DNA of 64,000 nucleotides, taken from contig JBAZVM010000006.1 of the NCBI GenBank assembly GCA_041660885.1, positions 15,063-79,062 of the forward strand, given 5' to 3'. The notes beneath the pieces were generated by a model. The model did not search any database. It saw only the letters and a program-made list of their open reading frames with translations, and was not told the origin of the DNA. The stretch's first letter is position 1. Each line of letters opens with the position of its first letter. This stretch comes from Patescibacteria group bacterium (lineage in GTDB: Bacteria; Patescibacteriota; Patescibacteriia; UBA9570; JAHJKD01). The translations under genes and the position numbers were made by a program. Positions 49,822-57,640 of this stretch are shown here, in pieces.

Positions 49822-50850
49822 ATGCAAAGAGAAATAGTACCAACATCGCCCCAGTATAAAGGAGCGGACAAGCCGCAACTAAAACAGCCAAAGGAAAAAT
49901 ATCGCCTTGGCCTTTGGGAGCTTCTGCTGATTTTATTATTCAGTTTAATCGGCGGCATTTCCGGTAGCATTATTATTAACAATCAAATTACTTTAAAAGA
50001 TACTCTGGCTAAAGAAATTGTGTATCTCGCGGAGAAAAGAGACGGGCAAGAAGAACTGATGAAAACAGCCATAGAAAAAATAAAGCCCAGCGTGGTAGGG
50101 CTATATAACGAAAATTTTATCGGATCCGGATTGGCGCTAACCTCCGATGGCTGGATAGTTACCACAATAGCGGATATTAATAAAGAACAAACGAAAATTA
50201 AAACCGCCGACAATAAAGAATTTACTATAGACCAAATTATTATCGATAATTATTCCGGCACTACTTTTATTAAAGTGAGCACGCTGAATTTAACGCCCGC
50301 GCAATTCGCGAACGCGGAAAAGATAAATCTGGGCGATAAAGCGGCAGGCGTGTTTAATTCGCAATACAGCGGGGAAAGAGTATTTATTTCTTATTTGGAG
50401 AATATCGCTTATCATGAGGCGGATACATTTAATACGCAGAATTACCCATATAATTATTTGTTTAACAATACTTTTAAACAAGAATATTCGGGAGCGCCGG
50501 TAATTAACGATAGAGGCGAAGTCTTGGCTTTATATTTGAGCGAGGGAAAGGCTTTGCCGCATCGCTATTTCAGCCAAGTGCTTTCTTCTGTTATTTCTGA
50601 TCAAAATATATCGCGGCCGATTTTTAACATTGATTACGCCTTGCTAACAGACGGAGGAGCGGAGATTAAAGCGATTAGTACGAAAAATACCGGATTATTA
50701 ATAGGGGATGTGATTAAAAAAGTAGACGGCCAAGAAATCAATAAAATTTACAACTTAAACCATGTTTTAGAGGGGTATAAAACTGGAGATACTAAGACAT
50801 TTACTATAATAAGAGGGGAAAACGAGCAAGAATTGGAATTAGTGCTTTAG
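49822..50850 (+). CDS. HtrA-like protein with a degenerate catalytic triad (probable pseudo-protease) and a PDZ-like C-terminus
   Basis: Aligns by eye to the HtrA at 35340. TNRHV becomes TTIADI (His lost), DLAVLKI becomes TTFIKVS (Asp lost), GNSGGP becomes EYSGAP (Ser kept). Confidence 0.55.
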   Translation: MQREIVPTSPQYKGADKPQLKQPKEKYRLGLWELLLILLFSLIGGISGSIIINNQITLKDTLAKEIVYLAEKRDGQEELMKTAIEKIKPSVVGLYNENFIGSGLALTSDGWIVTTIADINKEQTKIKTADNKEFTIDQIIIDNYSGTTFIKVSTLNLTPAQFANAEKINLGDKAAGVFNSQYSGERVFISYLENIAYHEADTFNTQNYPYNYLFNNTFKQEYSGAPVINDRGEVLALYLSEGKALPHRYFSQVLSSVISDQNISRPIFNIDYALLTDGGAEIKAISTKNTGLLIGDVIKKVDGQEINKIYNLNHVLEGYKTGDTKTFTIIRGENEQELELVL

Positions 50851-50915
50851 TATTAATCTTGACAATTTAGAAACCGCATGCTAATATAGCCCGTTTTAAT
50901 AATAACAAATTATCT

Positions 50916-51734
50916 ATGGCTAATTTTTATTTAAGTATTTTTAAAAGGCATTACAAACTATTCATTATACTTCCGGTTTTATCTTTAACCGCGGCTGTTT
51001 TATTTACCGCATTTCAAACCCCCATGTATGAATCCAGCACGGATTTGTTGATATTGCAGAAACAAGGCACGGACATGGATGCGTATACCGCGGCCAAGGC
51101 CTCGGAAAAACTTGGCAGTAATTTAGCTAAAGTAATATATACCACCTCCTTTTTTCAAAAAGTGGAAAATCAAGGCATAGATTTAAGCTATCTGCCTGCT
51201 GATGAACAAAAAAAACGCGCGGAATGGAAAAACTCGGTTTCCGCCAGCGTAACTCCGGAATCAAGCTTGCTTTCCGTTAAAACATACGCGCCTACGCCGC
51301 AAACGGCTTCGGAATTAGCGAGCGCAGTTTCTTATGTATTAACTTATGAAAGTGCGGAATATACCGGCGCCGGAGACACTGTTTCCATACAAGTGGTTAA
51401 CGCTCCTACCACTTCAAAATATCCCACCAAGCCGAATGTGCTAATGAACATTAGTGCCGGTGTAATCGGAGGTTTTTTATTAGCTGTGATATTAGCCGTG
51501 TTATTGAGTGAATTTAAAGGCACTAATAAAAAGGAGCATCAATCTACAGTAAAATCGGAACACATTCATAATAAACCCGTCTTTCATGTGCACACGCCGC
51601 ATCAGAACGGAAGAATAAACCATGAGGAAACCGTGTCTTATAGGGTATTGGATCATAATACTTTTCCGGAAAACCAGAACATCACTTCGGAAAGCGAAGA
51701 TACGATAACCATGCAACAAAAGAAACATCAATAA
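50916..51734 (+). CDS. Wzz-like polysaccharide chain-length determinant protein
   Basis: N-terminal TM helix followed by YESSTDLLI, periplasmic segment, second TM helix (GGFLLAVILAVLL). Recall-based call. Confidence 0.55.
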   Translation: MANFYLSIFKRHYKLFIILPVLSLTAAVLFTAFQTPMYESSTDLLILQKQGTDMDAYTAAKASEKLGSNLAKVIYTTSFFQKVENQGIDLSYLPADEQKKRAEWKNSVSASVTPESSLLSVKTYAPTPQTASELASAVSYVLTYESAEYTGAGDTVSIQVVNAPTTSKYPTKPNVLMNISAGVIGGFLLAVILAVLLSEFKGTNKKEHQSTVKSEHIHNKPVFHVHTPHQNGRINHEETVSYRVLDHNTFPENQNITSESEDTITMQQKKHQ

Positions 51735-51738
51735 ATTT

Positions 51739-51764
51739 AAAGCCTCTAATTAATTAGGGGCTTT
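51739..51764 (+). terminator. hairpin terminator
   Basis: AAAGCCTCTAAT-TA-ATTAGGGGCTTT. Confidence 0.5.
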
Positions 51765-51843
51765 AAATTATGCAGATAAAATAGTATAATAAGATAAAGA
51801 ATTGATAATCAATTTATTCAATTAAAAATTAAATATTAAAAAA

Positions 51844-52170
51844 ATGGCGACTATTAATTTATTGAACGAAGAGCAGATAAAACAAGCGATTTTACGAGAT
51901 TTGAATCTGCAAGACGCTCCGCAAAGTGTGCAAGAACAAACCATTGTTAAAATTACGGAAATGGCTTTGAAGCAGCTTATGATTGCCGTATTAGAGAAAT
52001 TAAATGAGTCGGACGCCCAAGAATTGGTTCGCATGCAAGAAAACGGCGCAAGCCAAGAAAAGTTGACAGCTTTTGTTAAAAGTAAAATTCCCGATTTTGA
52101 TTCCATGGCGCAGCAAACCATGCAAAAGTTCAAAGAAGATTTTAAAAAAACAGTAACCGATGTCAAATAA
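51844..52170 (+). CDS. hypothetical protein
   Basis: 108-aa ORF, helical and charged. Confidence 0.45.
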   Translation: MATINLLNEEQIKQAILRDLNLQDAPQSVQEQTIVKITEMALKQLMIAVLEKLNESDAQELVRMQENGASQEKLTAFVKSKIPDFDSMAQQTMQKFKEDFKKTVTDVK

Positions 52171-52181
52171 GGATTATTAAA

Positions 52182-52361
52182 ATGTCAGAGCCGACTGATC
52201 AAGAAAAAATTGAGAAATTGCACGCAATTTTAAATCATTTTATCAATGAGATTGAAAGCGTGCGCCACGAAAGAGATGAAAGGATTCAGACAATAATAAA
52301 AAAATTCGAAGAAAAGAAAGTAGGCGAGTTATTGGCGGACATTAAAAAAATTAAAGATTAA
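52182..52361 (+). CDS. small coiled-coil protein (59 aa)
   Basis: Hand translation: MSEPTDQEKIEKLHAILNHFINEIESVRHERDERIQTIIKKFEEKKVGELLADIKKIKD. Just below the track threshold. Tightly packed between neighbouring genes. Confidence 0.4.
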   Translation: MSEPTDQEKIEKLHAILNHFINEIESVRHERDERIQTIIKKFEEKKVGELLADIKKIKD

Positions 52362-52372
52362 TTTTCATTAAT

Positions 52373-55300
52373 ATGCCGGATGCTACTAACCAGCAAGAAC
52401 AACAAAATCAGCCCAAAACACCAGAAAAGAGAAAACCCAGTATTTGGGAAGGAATAAAAATATTTTTTCGCAGAGGAGAACAAATCCAAGAAGAGGGCGC
52501 AAAAAAAGTCGATGCGGTACCGGAAGAAATAAGGCCGGAAGTGCAGCAAGTAGTATTGGAGAGCACCGATAGAATTGTGCGATATTTGGAGCAAGCCGAA
52601 AGAGAAATTCAAGAAGCGATGAGCGCGGGGATTAAAACACCGTCTGAGTCAATCAAACAAGAAATTGTTTTAAAATATAAGATTGATCAATTATCCGCTC
52701 AAGACGCCAGCGCGTTACTTAAAAAATTAGAGCTTGTTAAACCCGCCGTAGATGCCGGGCAAATTAATATTCGTAATATAGATGATTTAAATAATAATGC
52801 TGTGATTCCGCAGAATGCAGGAGCCCGCGAGTATCATTTATCACCCGAGGAAGTAAGGAAATTAAGCGAGCAAAGAGACGCTGTAGATGTTGTTGGAAGC
52901 GCTATTTATAAACCAGATGATCAGGTTGGCCCGCCGATAATCAACCCTGAAGATTTGATTGTATCTACCGACCCCGCAAAACGTAAAGCAATGCCTAACA
53001 TCAATAGTTTAGATCCTAATTTATTAACTATACAAGATATGTCGCCAAAAAAAAGACGCGGCCCCGATGCCATTCCTCCGGGAGCGGGCAATTTGGATGC
53101 CAAATTAGTTGATGGAACCTTGCTGGCTATTGGTGGCTTGGTTCGATTGGAAAATGACAATGTAAATACTTGGCAAATTACAGAAATACAATCTGGCAGA
53201 GTTGGGGTGGTTAATATTAATAATCCCAAAGAAAAAGAATGGTTGAAGAGAGGCAATGATGGAAAAGTTGATGAAATTGAAAGAACGCTCACGAAAGATG
53301 AAATCGATGCTTTATATCCGCCTGCTCCTGTGGCCGCTTCTTCCGGGCCAACACCGCCCAACCCCGCCACACCTCCGCCACCGGGCGCCATGCCTCCGCC
53401 ACCTCCGAGCCCCGCTGCTCCTCCCGCACCGCCTTCGGGCCCTCCAACGCGCGGCAGATTAGGTTCGCTATGGGATAGAGTGCGAGGCCGCGGCGATAGC
53501 GCTTTAACTCCGGAAGATAAAGAAAAAGCTTTATTAGCCAAGATGAGCCTGAGAGAATTTATCTACAGTCCGGATGATAAAGAAGCCATGATAGCTAAGG
53601 AAAACGCTATTAGTACGGCTCGTGGTTTATATGCGCGCGAGGGTAATGATGCCAATAAAAATGACTATAGATTAAAAATTAACGAATATCGCGCGGCTAT
53701 TAAGGAAGCGATAAATCGCAAAGATAGTATTCTAACCCCGGAAAAGAAAAAGCAATTTTTAGATGAGCTTTATATTTTAACCGTAGTAGACGAGGCAACA
53801 GCTTTATATGAAGCGCAACAACAGGCGCAGAGAGAAAGCCAGCCCGATGGAATAAAGAAAAAAGGAAAAGAATTATGGGCCAGATTTACCAACCATATAG
53901 ATAACCGTTTAAATTGGTATCGCGGTTTATCTTGGAAGAAAAAAATCGCGGTTAGCGCCGGTTTAATGGGAATAGGTTTAGCCGGCGGATTCGCCGGCGG
54001 CGCGATCGGCGCTTCAGCCGTGGGCGCGGCGGCAGCCGGCGGTTACGCTTTGCGTTTATTAGGCGCGACTGTCATGGCTAAAACCGGAGCGCGCTTGGGA
54101 AGCGACTATGCCCGCAAGCGGCAGCAAAGAAGGGATTTGGGAGATATCCAACAAACTCCGGAAAGCGCTGAATACCTAGCTGAAACGGACTTGGCAAAAA
54201 TTGAAAGTTTAGACAATGCTTTAAATGATAAATTATCCAGCTTATTGCAAAATCAAGCGCGAGATAAAAGAAACCGATTATTAGCCGCCACGGGCGGAGC
54301 CGTTCTCGGCGCCGGCGCTTCCATAGGTATTGGCCAGGTGGGCCGCTATTTATCTCACGATATCGTAGGCTATTTTCAAGGTGAAGCTCCAACAGCTGAA
54401 GCGCCCGTAGAACCAGCTGGTACTGCTAATACAGCTGAAGCTATGCCTCCTACTTCTAATGTCGCTCCCGAAGCGCCATCCACGGAAGTGATCAGGCCGG
54501 TGGCGACTCATTATTATACCAATGAAATAGAAGGCACAACCGGACGGGATTATGAATCTAAATCTTTGCTTCAATTGATTGAAGCGCATAAAACGGATTT
54601 GGGATATGATTCCAATACGGACGGAGATCCGGATAAATGGGTGCGCCATGAATTCCGTACAGCCATGGCCGAATTAAAAGGCAAAGGCCAATGGTATGAT
54701 TTAACTCATCAGGGAGATAGAGTGGTTTTGCAGGTGAATCCTGATGGCAGCCATGAGTATTCTTTTCAAAATGATTCTGCCATTGCCCCGGGCGAGCATT
54801 TGCCTCAACACGCGCCGGCCACCGTAGCCGAGTCCGCGGAACAACCGGCATTGGAACCTACTAAACCCGAAGTAATTCCCGAAGAGCATAGTTTATCTAC
54901 GGAAGAGGCGCGAGTATTGCATGATATGCAGCATTCGCATGAAGATACAATGAAACCCATGAAACACATGCAGGCCAGCCGTACCTTCGAGCGCAATTGG
55001 GACACTTTGCAACCTTTAGCCGAATCTTTAGGCCAGACTAAAGAGCAATTTAAAGATGCCTTGTTAGGCCATCTAGACAAAGGAGAAGATATCTCGGATA
55101 TTTATAGCCACGTTGCTCCGACAGCTGAAGCGTCTGTTTCTACTGGGGTATCCGCCGATGGGGTTGGTGAAAGTGGCGGCGGGGGAGCGGCAACTGCGGA
55201 TGAGACGGCTAAGGCTGAACCTCAGCAGGAAGCAGCAGGAATAGATAGCCATGCAGATACTCATATCTCTGCCGCAGACACATTAGATATTAGTTCTGAT

Positions 55301-55720
55301 ACAGTTCAATTATCACCGGAAGCGCTAAAAGGAGTGGATACGGTTTATTATCATCCCGTGGCTAATTATGGCGGTGTTTGGAATGAGCCGGTTACCGGAA
55401 GAGTGGCTCTTGATTTAAGCCCCTATACGCCGGAACAAAAAATGCAGATTATCCAGCTAACTAGGTTAATGAATGTGGCGGCTTTTATGGGAGAAAATCC
55501 AGAGCAACATGGATTAGGCGTAGCTCCGGATGTGGAAACATTTGTCGCTTTTGTTAATAAAGGCGAAGCTTTAAGCTGGCTGTATGATAGTAAAGTGGAT
55601 GGCGTGGCAATAGACATGGCAGACCGTGCCTTGCCGAAAACTATGAATCCACAAGAATGGCAGGATTATATCAGTTCTAATTTATTGCATACCCCTGATC
55701 AAAGAATGGCTGCGAAGTAG
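52373..55720 (+). CDS. very large hypothetical protein (1115 aa) with a polyproline tract and a central Gly/Ala-rich TM region
   Basis: Long ORF. PPPPGAMPPPPPSPAAPPAPPSGPP tract. Hydrophobic region IAVSAGLMGIGLAGGFAGGAIGASAVGAAAAGG. Confidence 0.6.
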   Translation: MPDATNQQEQQNQPKTPEKRKPSIWEGIKIFFRRGEQIQEEGAKKVDAVPEEIRPEVQQVVLESTDRIVRYLEQAEREIQEAMSAGIKTPSESIKQEIVLKYKIDQLSAQDASALLKKLELVKPAVDAGQINIRNIDDLNNNAVIPQNAGAREYHLSPEEVRKLSEQRDAVDVVGSAIYKPDDQVGPPIINPEDLIVSTDPAKRKAMPNINSLDPNLLTIQDMSPKKRRGPDAIPPGAGNLDAKLVDGTLLAIGGLVRLENDNVNTWQITEIQSGRVGVVNINNPKEKEWLKRGNDGKVDEIERTLTKDEIDALYPPAPVAASSGPTPPNPATPPPPGAMPPPPPSPAAPPAPPSGPPTRGRLGSLWDRVRGRGDSALTPEDKEKALLAKMSLREFIYSPDDKEAMIAKENAISTARGLYAREGNDANKNDYRLKINEYRAAIKEAINRKDSILTPEKKKQFLDELYILTVVDEATALYEAQQQAQRESQPDGIKKKGKELWARFTNHIDNRLNWYRGLSWKKKIAVSAGLMGIGLAGGFAGGAIGASAVGAAAAGGYALRLLGATVMAKTGARLGSDYARKRQQRRDLGDIQQTPESAEYLAETDLAKIESLDNALNDKLSSLLQNQARDKRNRLLAATGGAVLGAGASIGIGQVGRYLSHDIVGYFQGEAPTAEAPVEPAGTANTAEAMPPTSNVAPEAPSTEVIRPVATHYYTNEIEGTTGRDYESKSLLQLIEAHKTDLGYDSNTDGDPDKWVRHEFRTAMAELKGKGQWYDLTHQGDRVVLQVNPDGSHEYSFQNDSAIAPGEHLPQHAPATVAESAEQPALEPTKPEVIPEEHSLSTEEARVLHDMQHSHEDTMKPMKHMQASRTFERNWDTLQPLAESLGQTKEQFKDALLGHLDKGEDISDIYSHVAPTAEASVSTGVSADGVGESGGGGAATADETAKAEPQQEAAGIDSHADTHISAADTLDISSDTVQLSPEALKGVDTVYYHPVANYGGVWNEPVTGRVALDLSPYTPEQKMQIIQLTRLMNVAAFMGENPEQHGLGVAPDVETFVAFVNKGEALSWLYDSKVDGVAIDMADRALPKTMNPQEWQDYISSNLLHTPDQRMAAK

Positions 55721-55731
55721 CAGATCAAATT

Positions 55732-55756
55732 AAGCCCCGAAGCAATTCGGGGCTTT
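55732..55756 (+). terminator. intrinsic terminator with GNRA loop
   Basis: AAGCCCCGAA-GCAA-TTCGGGGCTT followed by a T-rich tail. Confidence 0.75.
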
Positions 55757-55774
55757 AATATGGGCTTTAGTATT

Positions 55775-55824
55775 CAAAGATATCCACAGTATAAAATTGC
55801 CATTTTAATATAGAGTGATACTAT
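55775..55824 (+). promoter_or_regulatory. 14-mer CAAAGATATCCACA box plus promoter upstream of the tRNA-like gene
   Basis: Box at 55775-55788. TTGCCA at 55797-55802, 16-nt spacer, TACTAT at 55819-55824. The same box-plus-promoter layout recurs at 56113-56164. Confidence 0.45.
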
Positions 55825-55832
55825 TTCTTTAG

Positions 55833-55875
55833 AGGTACTGTTGCTCGTATACTACGGGCAAAAGTGACTTGTCAA
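55833..55875 (-). repeat. inverted, degenerate copy of the tRNA-like 5-prime half plus a perfect 13-bp inverted repeat
   Basis: The reverse complement of 55833-55859 (GCCCGTAGTATACGAGCAACAGTACCT) matches 55927-55955 at 23 of 29 aligned positions. AGTGACTTGTCAA (55863-55875) is the exact reverse complement of 55956-55968. Confidence 0.6.
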
Positions 55876-55924
55876 TATATAGGCGTCCCAAATAGGGCGC
55901 TTTTATATTTATATGGTGGATCCC

Positions 55925-55999
55925 GGGCCCGTAGTGTAATGGCAGCACAGTACCTTTGACAAGTCACTAGTGCGGGTTCAATTCCCGTCGGGTCCACCA
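55925..55999 (+). tRNA. tRNA-like gene with encoded CCA but no canonical anticodon stem (possible pseudo-tRNA or recombination-scarred tRNA)
   Basis: 75 nt in total. Acceptor stem GGGCCCG/CGGGTCC. D arm GTGT-AATGGCA-GCAC. T arm GCGGG-TTCAATT-CCCGT. Discriminator A followed by CCA. The 17-nt anticodon-arm slot GTACCTTTGACAAGTCA cannot form a 5-bp stem. Confidence 0.6.
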
Positions 56000-56032
56000 C
56001 CTAAAAAACAACATTATTTAAATAACATTAAT

Positions 56033-56105
56033 AAACCCCAATGCCCTGTGCTCCGCCGTAGCGTAGCCGCTAGGCTGCGCAGAGGCGAGAATTTGGGGTT
56101 TATTT
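56033..56105 (+). terminator. long compound hairpin with U-rich tail downstream of the tRNA-like gene
   Basis: Outer stem AAACCCCAAT / ATTTGGGGTTT. Inner GC-rich hairpin GCGTAGCC-GCTA-GGCTGCGC (56061-56080). Followed by TTTATTT. Confidence 0.55.
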
Positions 56106-56112
56106 GTACCCC

Positions 56113-56164
56113 CAAAGATATCCACACCATAGGTATTGACAATATCCTCGCTCGGGTGTATTAT
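56113..56164 (+). promoter_or_regulatory. CAAAGATATCCACA box plus near-consensus sigma70 promoter driving the island leader
   Basis: Box at 56113-56126. TTGACA at 56136-56141, exact 17-nt spacer, TATTAT at 56159-56164. Confidence 0.65.
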
Positions 56165-56167
56165 AGC

Positions 56168-56896
56168 TGGTTCTTTTAAAATCAATTTTTGCCCTTACCG
56201 TTCAGCAAGCAATTGCTGGCCGGGTTATCCGTAACAAAAAAGCCTCAATCTAACCTTGAATTTGCAGGAGTGTTATACGGATGGAGGTTTTTTTGTTGCG
56301 GATATAAAGGGCTGCAACATACAGCGTCCGAAGGCCTCTGCCCCGCCTTGGCGGGGAAGAGGTCCGCGGTTCGCTGATATCCCTTCGAAGCTCGAGTGAA
56401 ACGAGAGCGAAGGAGGATGAATGAAGCAAATTGATATGCTCTTTACAATAGATTTATAAGCCACGCGGGAAACCAGGTTAAGGGCAGCAGGAATGTTATA
56501 TATAGGCACTTGCCTTCGAAAGCTCGTCCTATTGGTGGTGATATTATTATCGCTATTAATAGATCGAGCTTTTGGGCAAGTGCGCATAGCATTTCTACTG
56601 TCCTTGACCTGGCCCGCGTCCCTGTGAAGTTCCGAAAGGAACTGAACAGGACGGCGCGCCAGAACCCACTGAAGTGAACCCGAATGGGTACTTCACTGAA
56701 GGGGACCCCGATGGGCCCTTCAGGGAGATCGGAAACGATCTTCACGGGGATCCGAAAGGGTCTCTTGAGAGATTCGAAAGAATTTCTCGGGTATCCTGGC
56801 ATAGGGCCGGGTCAGTCATGGATAACGAGACATCACCGAGTGCGACCGCAACACAGGGCCGCACTTTTCCAGCAACTCCAAACGAGGTTAACAGCC
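56168..56896 (+). ncRNA. about 0.7 kb highly structured leader or large ncRNA candidate (many GNRA-capped hairpins)
   Basis: No credible ORF. Hairpins: 56203-56218 (GCAA loop), long-range helix 56226-56246 with 56283-56307, 56335-56362, 56382-56412, helix 56506-56527 with 56564-56584, 56621-56650 (CCTGT-GA-AGTTCC-GAAA-GGAACT-GA-ACAGG), 56696-56723, and three back-to-back GAAA hairpins at 56726-56741, 56746-56765 and 56767-56788. Confidence 0.55.
56840..56868 (+). terminator. possible attenuator hairpin just upstream of the cassette-1 RBS
   Basis: GTGCGACC-GCAACACAG-GGCCGCAC followed by TTTT. GAGG RBS at 56884-56887. Confidence 0.35.
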
Positions 56897-57640
56897 ATGA
56901 TGACCCTTCTGGCCCTTCTGACCCTGAACGCCTTCGCCGACGAGCCCGTCATCGACCGCATCATCATCCGCTCGTTCCCGACCGAGGCGGCCCCGATCGA
57001 TCCGTGCACGGACCCCTGCGCCAAGCCGGAGCCCGTCGTCAAGTACGTCGACACGGGCACGAACGACCACGACCAGGCGATTGCCGAGAGCGACAACGCC
57101 GCCGACGTCGCGATCGCCGAGAGTGCCGACGGCCGCGACATCGCCATCGCCACGGTCGAGTCCACAACCACGCTCGGTCTCGCCACCGAGGAGACCAAGC
57201 AGCAGGCGGCGCTGAGCCCGACGATCGAAGACGTCGCCCGAGCCGCTGCAGCTGGTGGGGCGCCGCTCTACATCAACATGGAGACCGGCATCATCAGCAC
57301 CGGCCGGCCCATGTACACCTCCGAGATCGTCGCCACGCAGGAAGGGAACCCCGCGGACCCGAAGACCAGCCTCACCTACGCCACCGGGCGCAAGGTGACC
57401 TCCTCGCAGCTCCGCGGCCTCCAGCCCCTCGACATCCGCCACAACGGCCACCTCGACTGGGCCCCGGCGATCGCGGCCACCGTCGTTGGATTCGCCGCGG
57501 GCTTCATCGCCGGCGGTGACTACCAGCACATCAACGACGGGCAGACCGACACCCTCTACGCGAACTACGGGCTCCGGTCCGTCCTCGCGGGCGCGGGCGT
57601 CGGCGCGGCCACCGGCGGGCTGGCCCTGTTCACCTTCTAG
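56897..57640 (+). CDS. high-GC cassette 1: secreted/membrane protein (247 aa) with Gly-zipper-like C-terminal helices
   Basis: GAGG RBS 9 nt upstream. Signal peptide MMTLLALLTLNAFA-DEP. GC3-rich codons. Repeats D(x)AIAES. C-terminal GFAAGFIAGG and AGAGVGAATGGLALFTF. Confidence 0.7.
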   Translation: MMTLLALLTLNAFADEPVIDRIIIRSFPTEAAPIDPCTDPCAKPEPVVKYVDTGTNDHDQAIAESDNAADVAIAESADGRDIAIATVESTTTLGLATEETKQQAALSPTIEDVARAAAAGGAPLYINMETGIISTGRPMYTSEIVATQEGNPADPKTSLTYATGRKVTSSQLRGLQPLDIRHNGHLDWAPAIAATVVGFAAGFIAGGDYQHINDGQTDTLYANYGLRSVLAGAGVGAATGGLALFTF

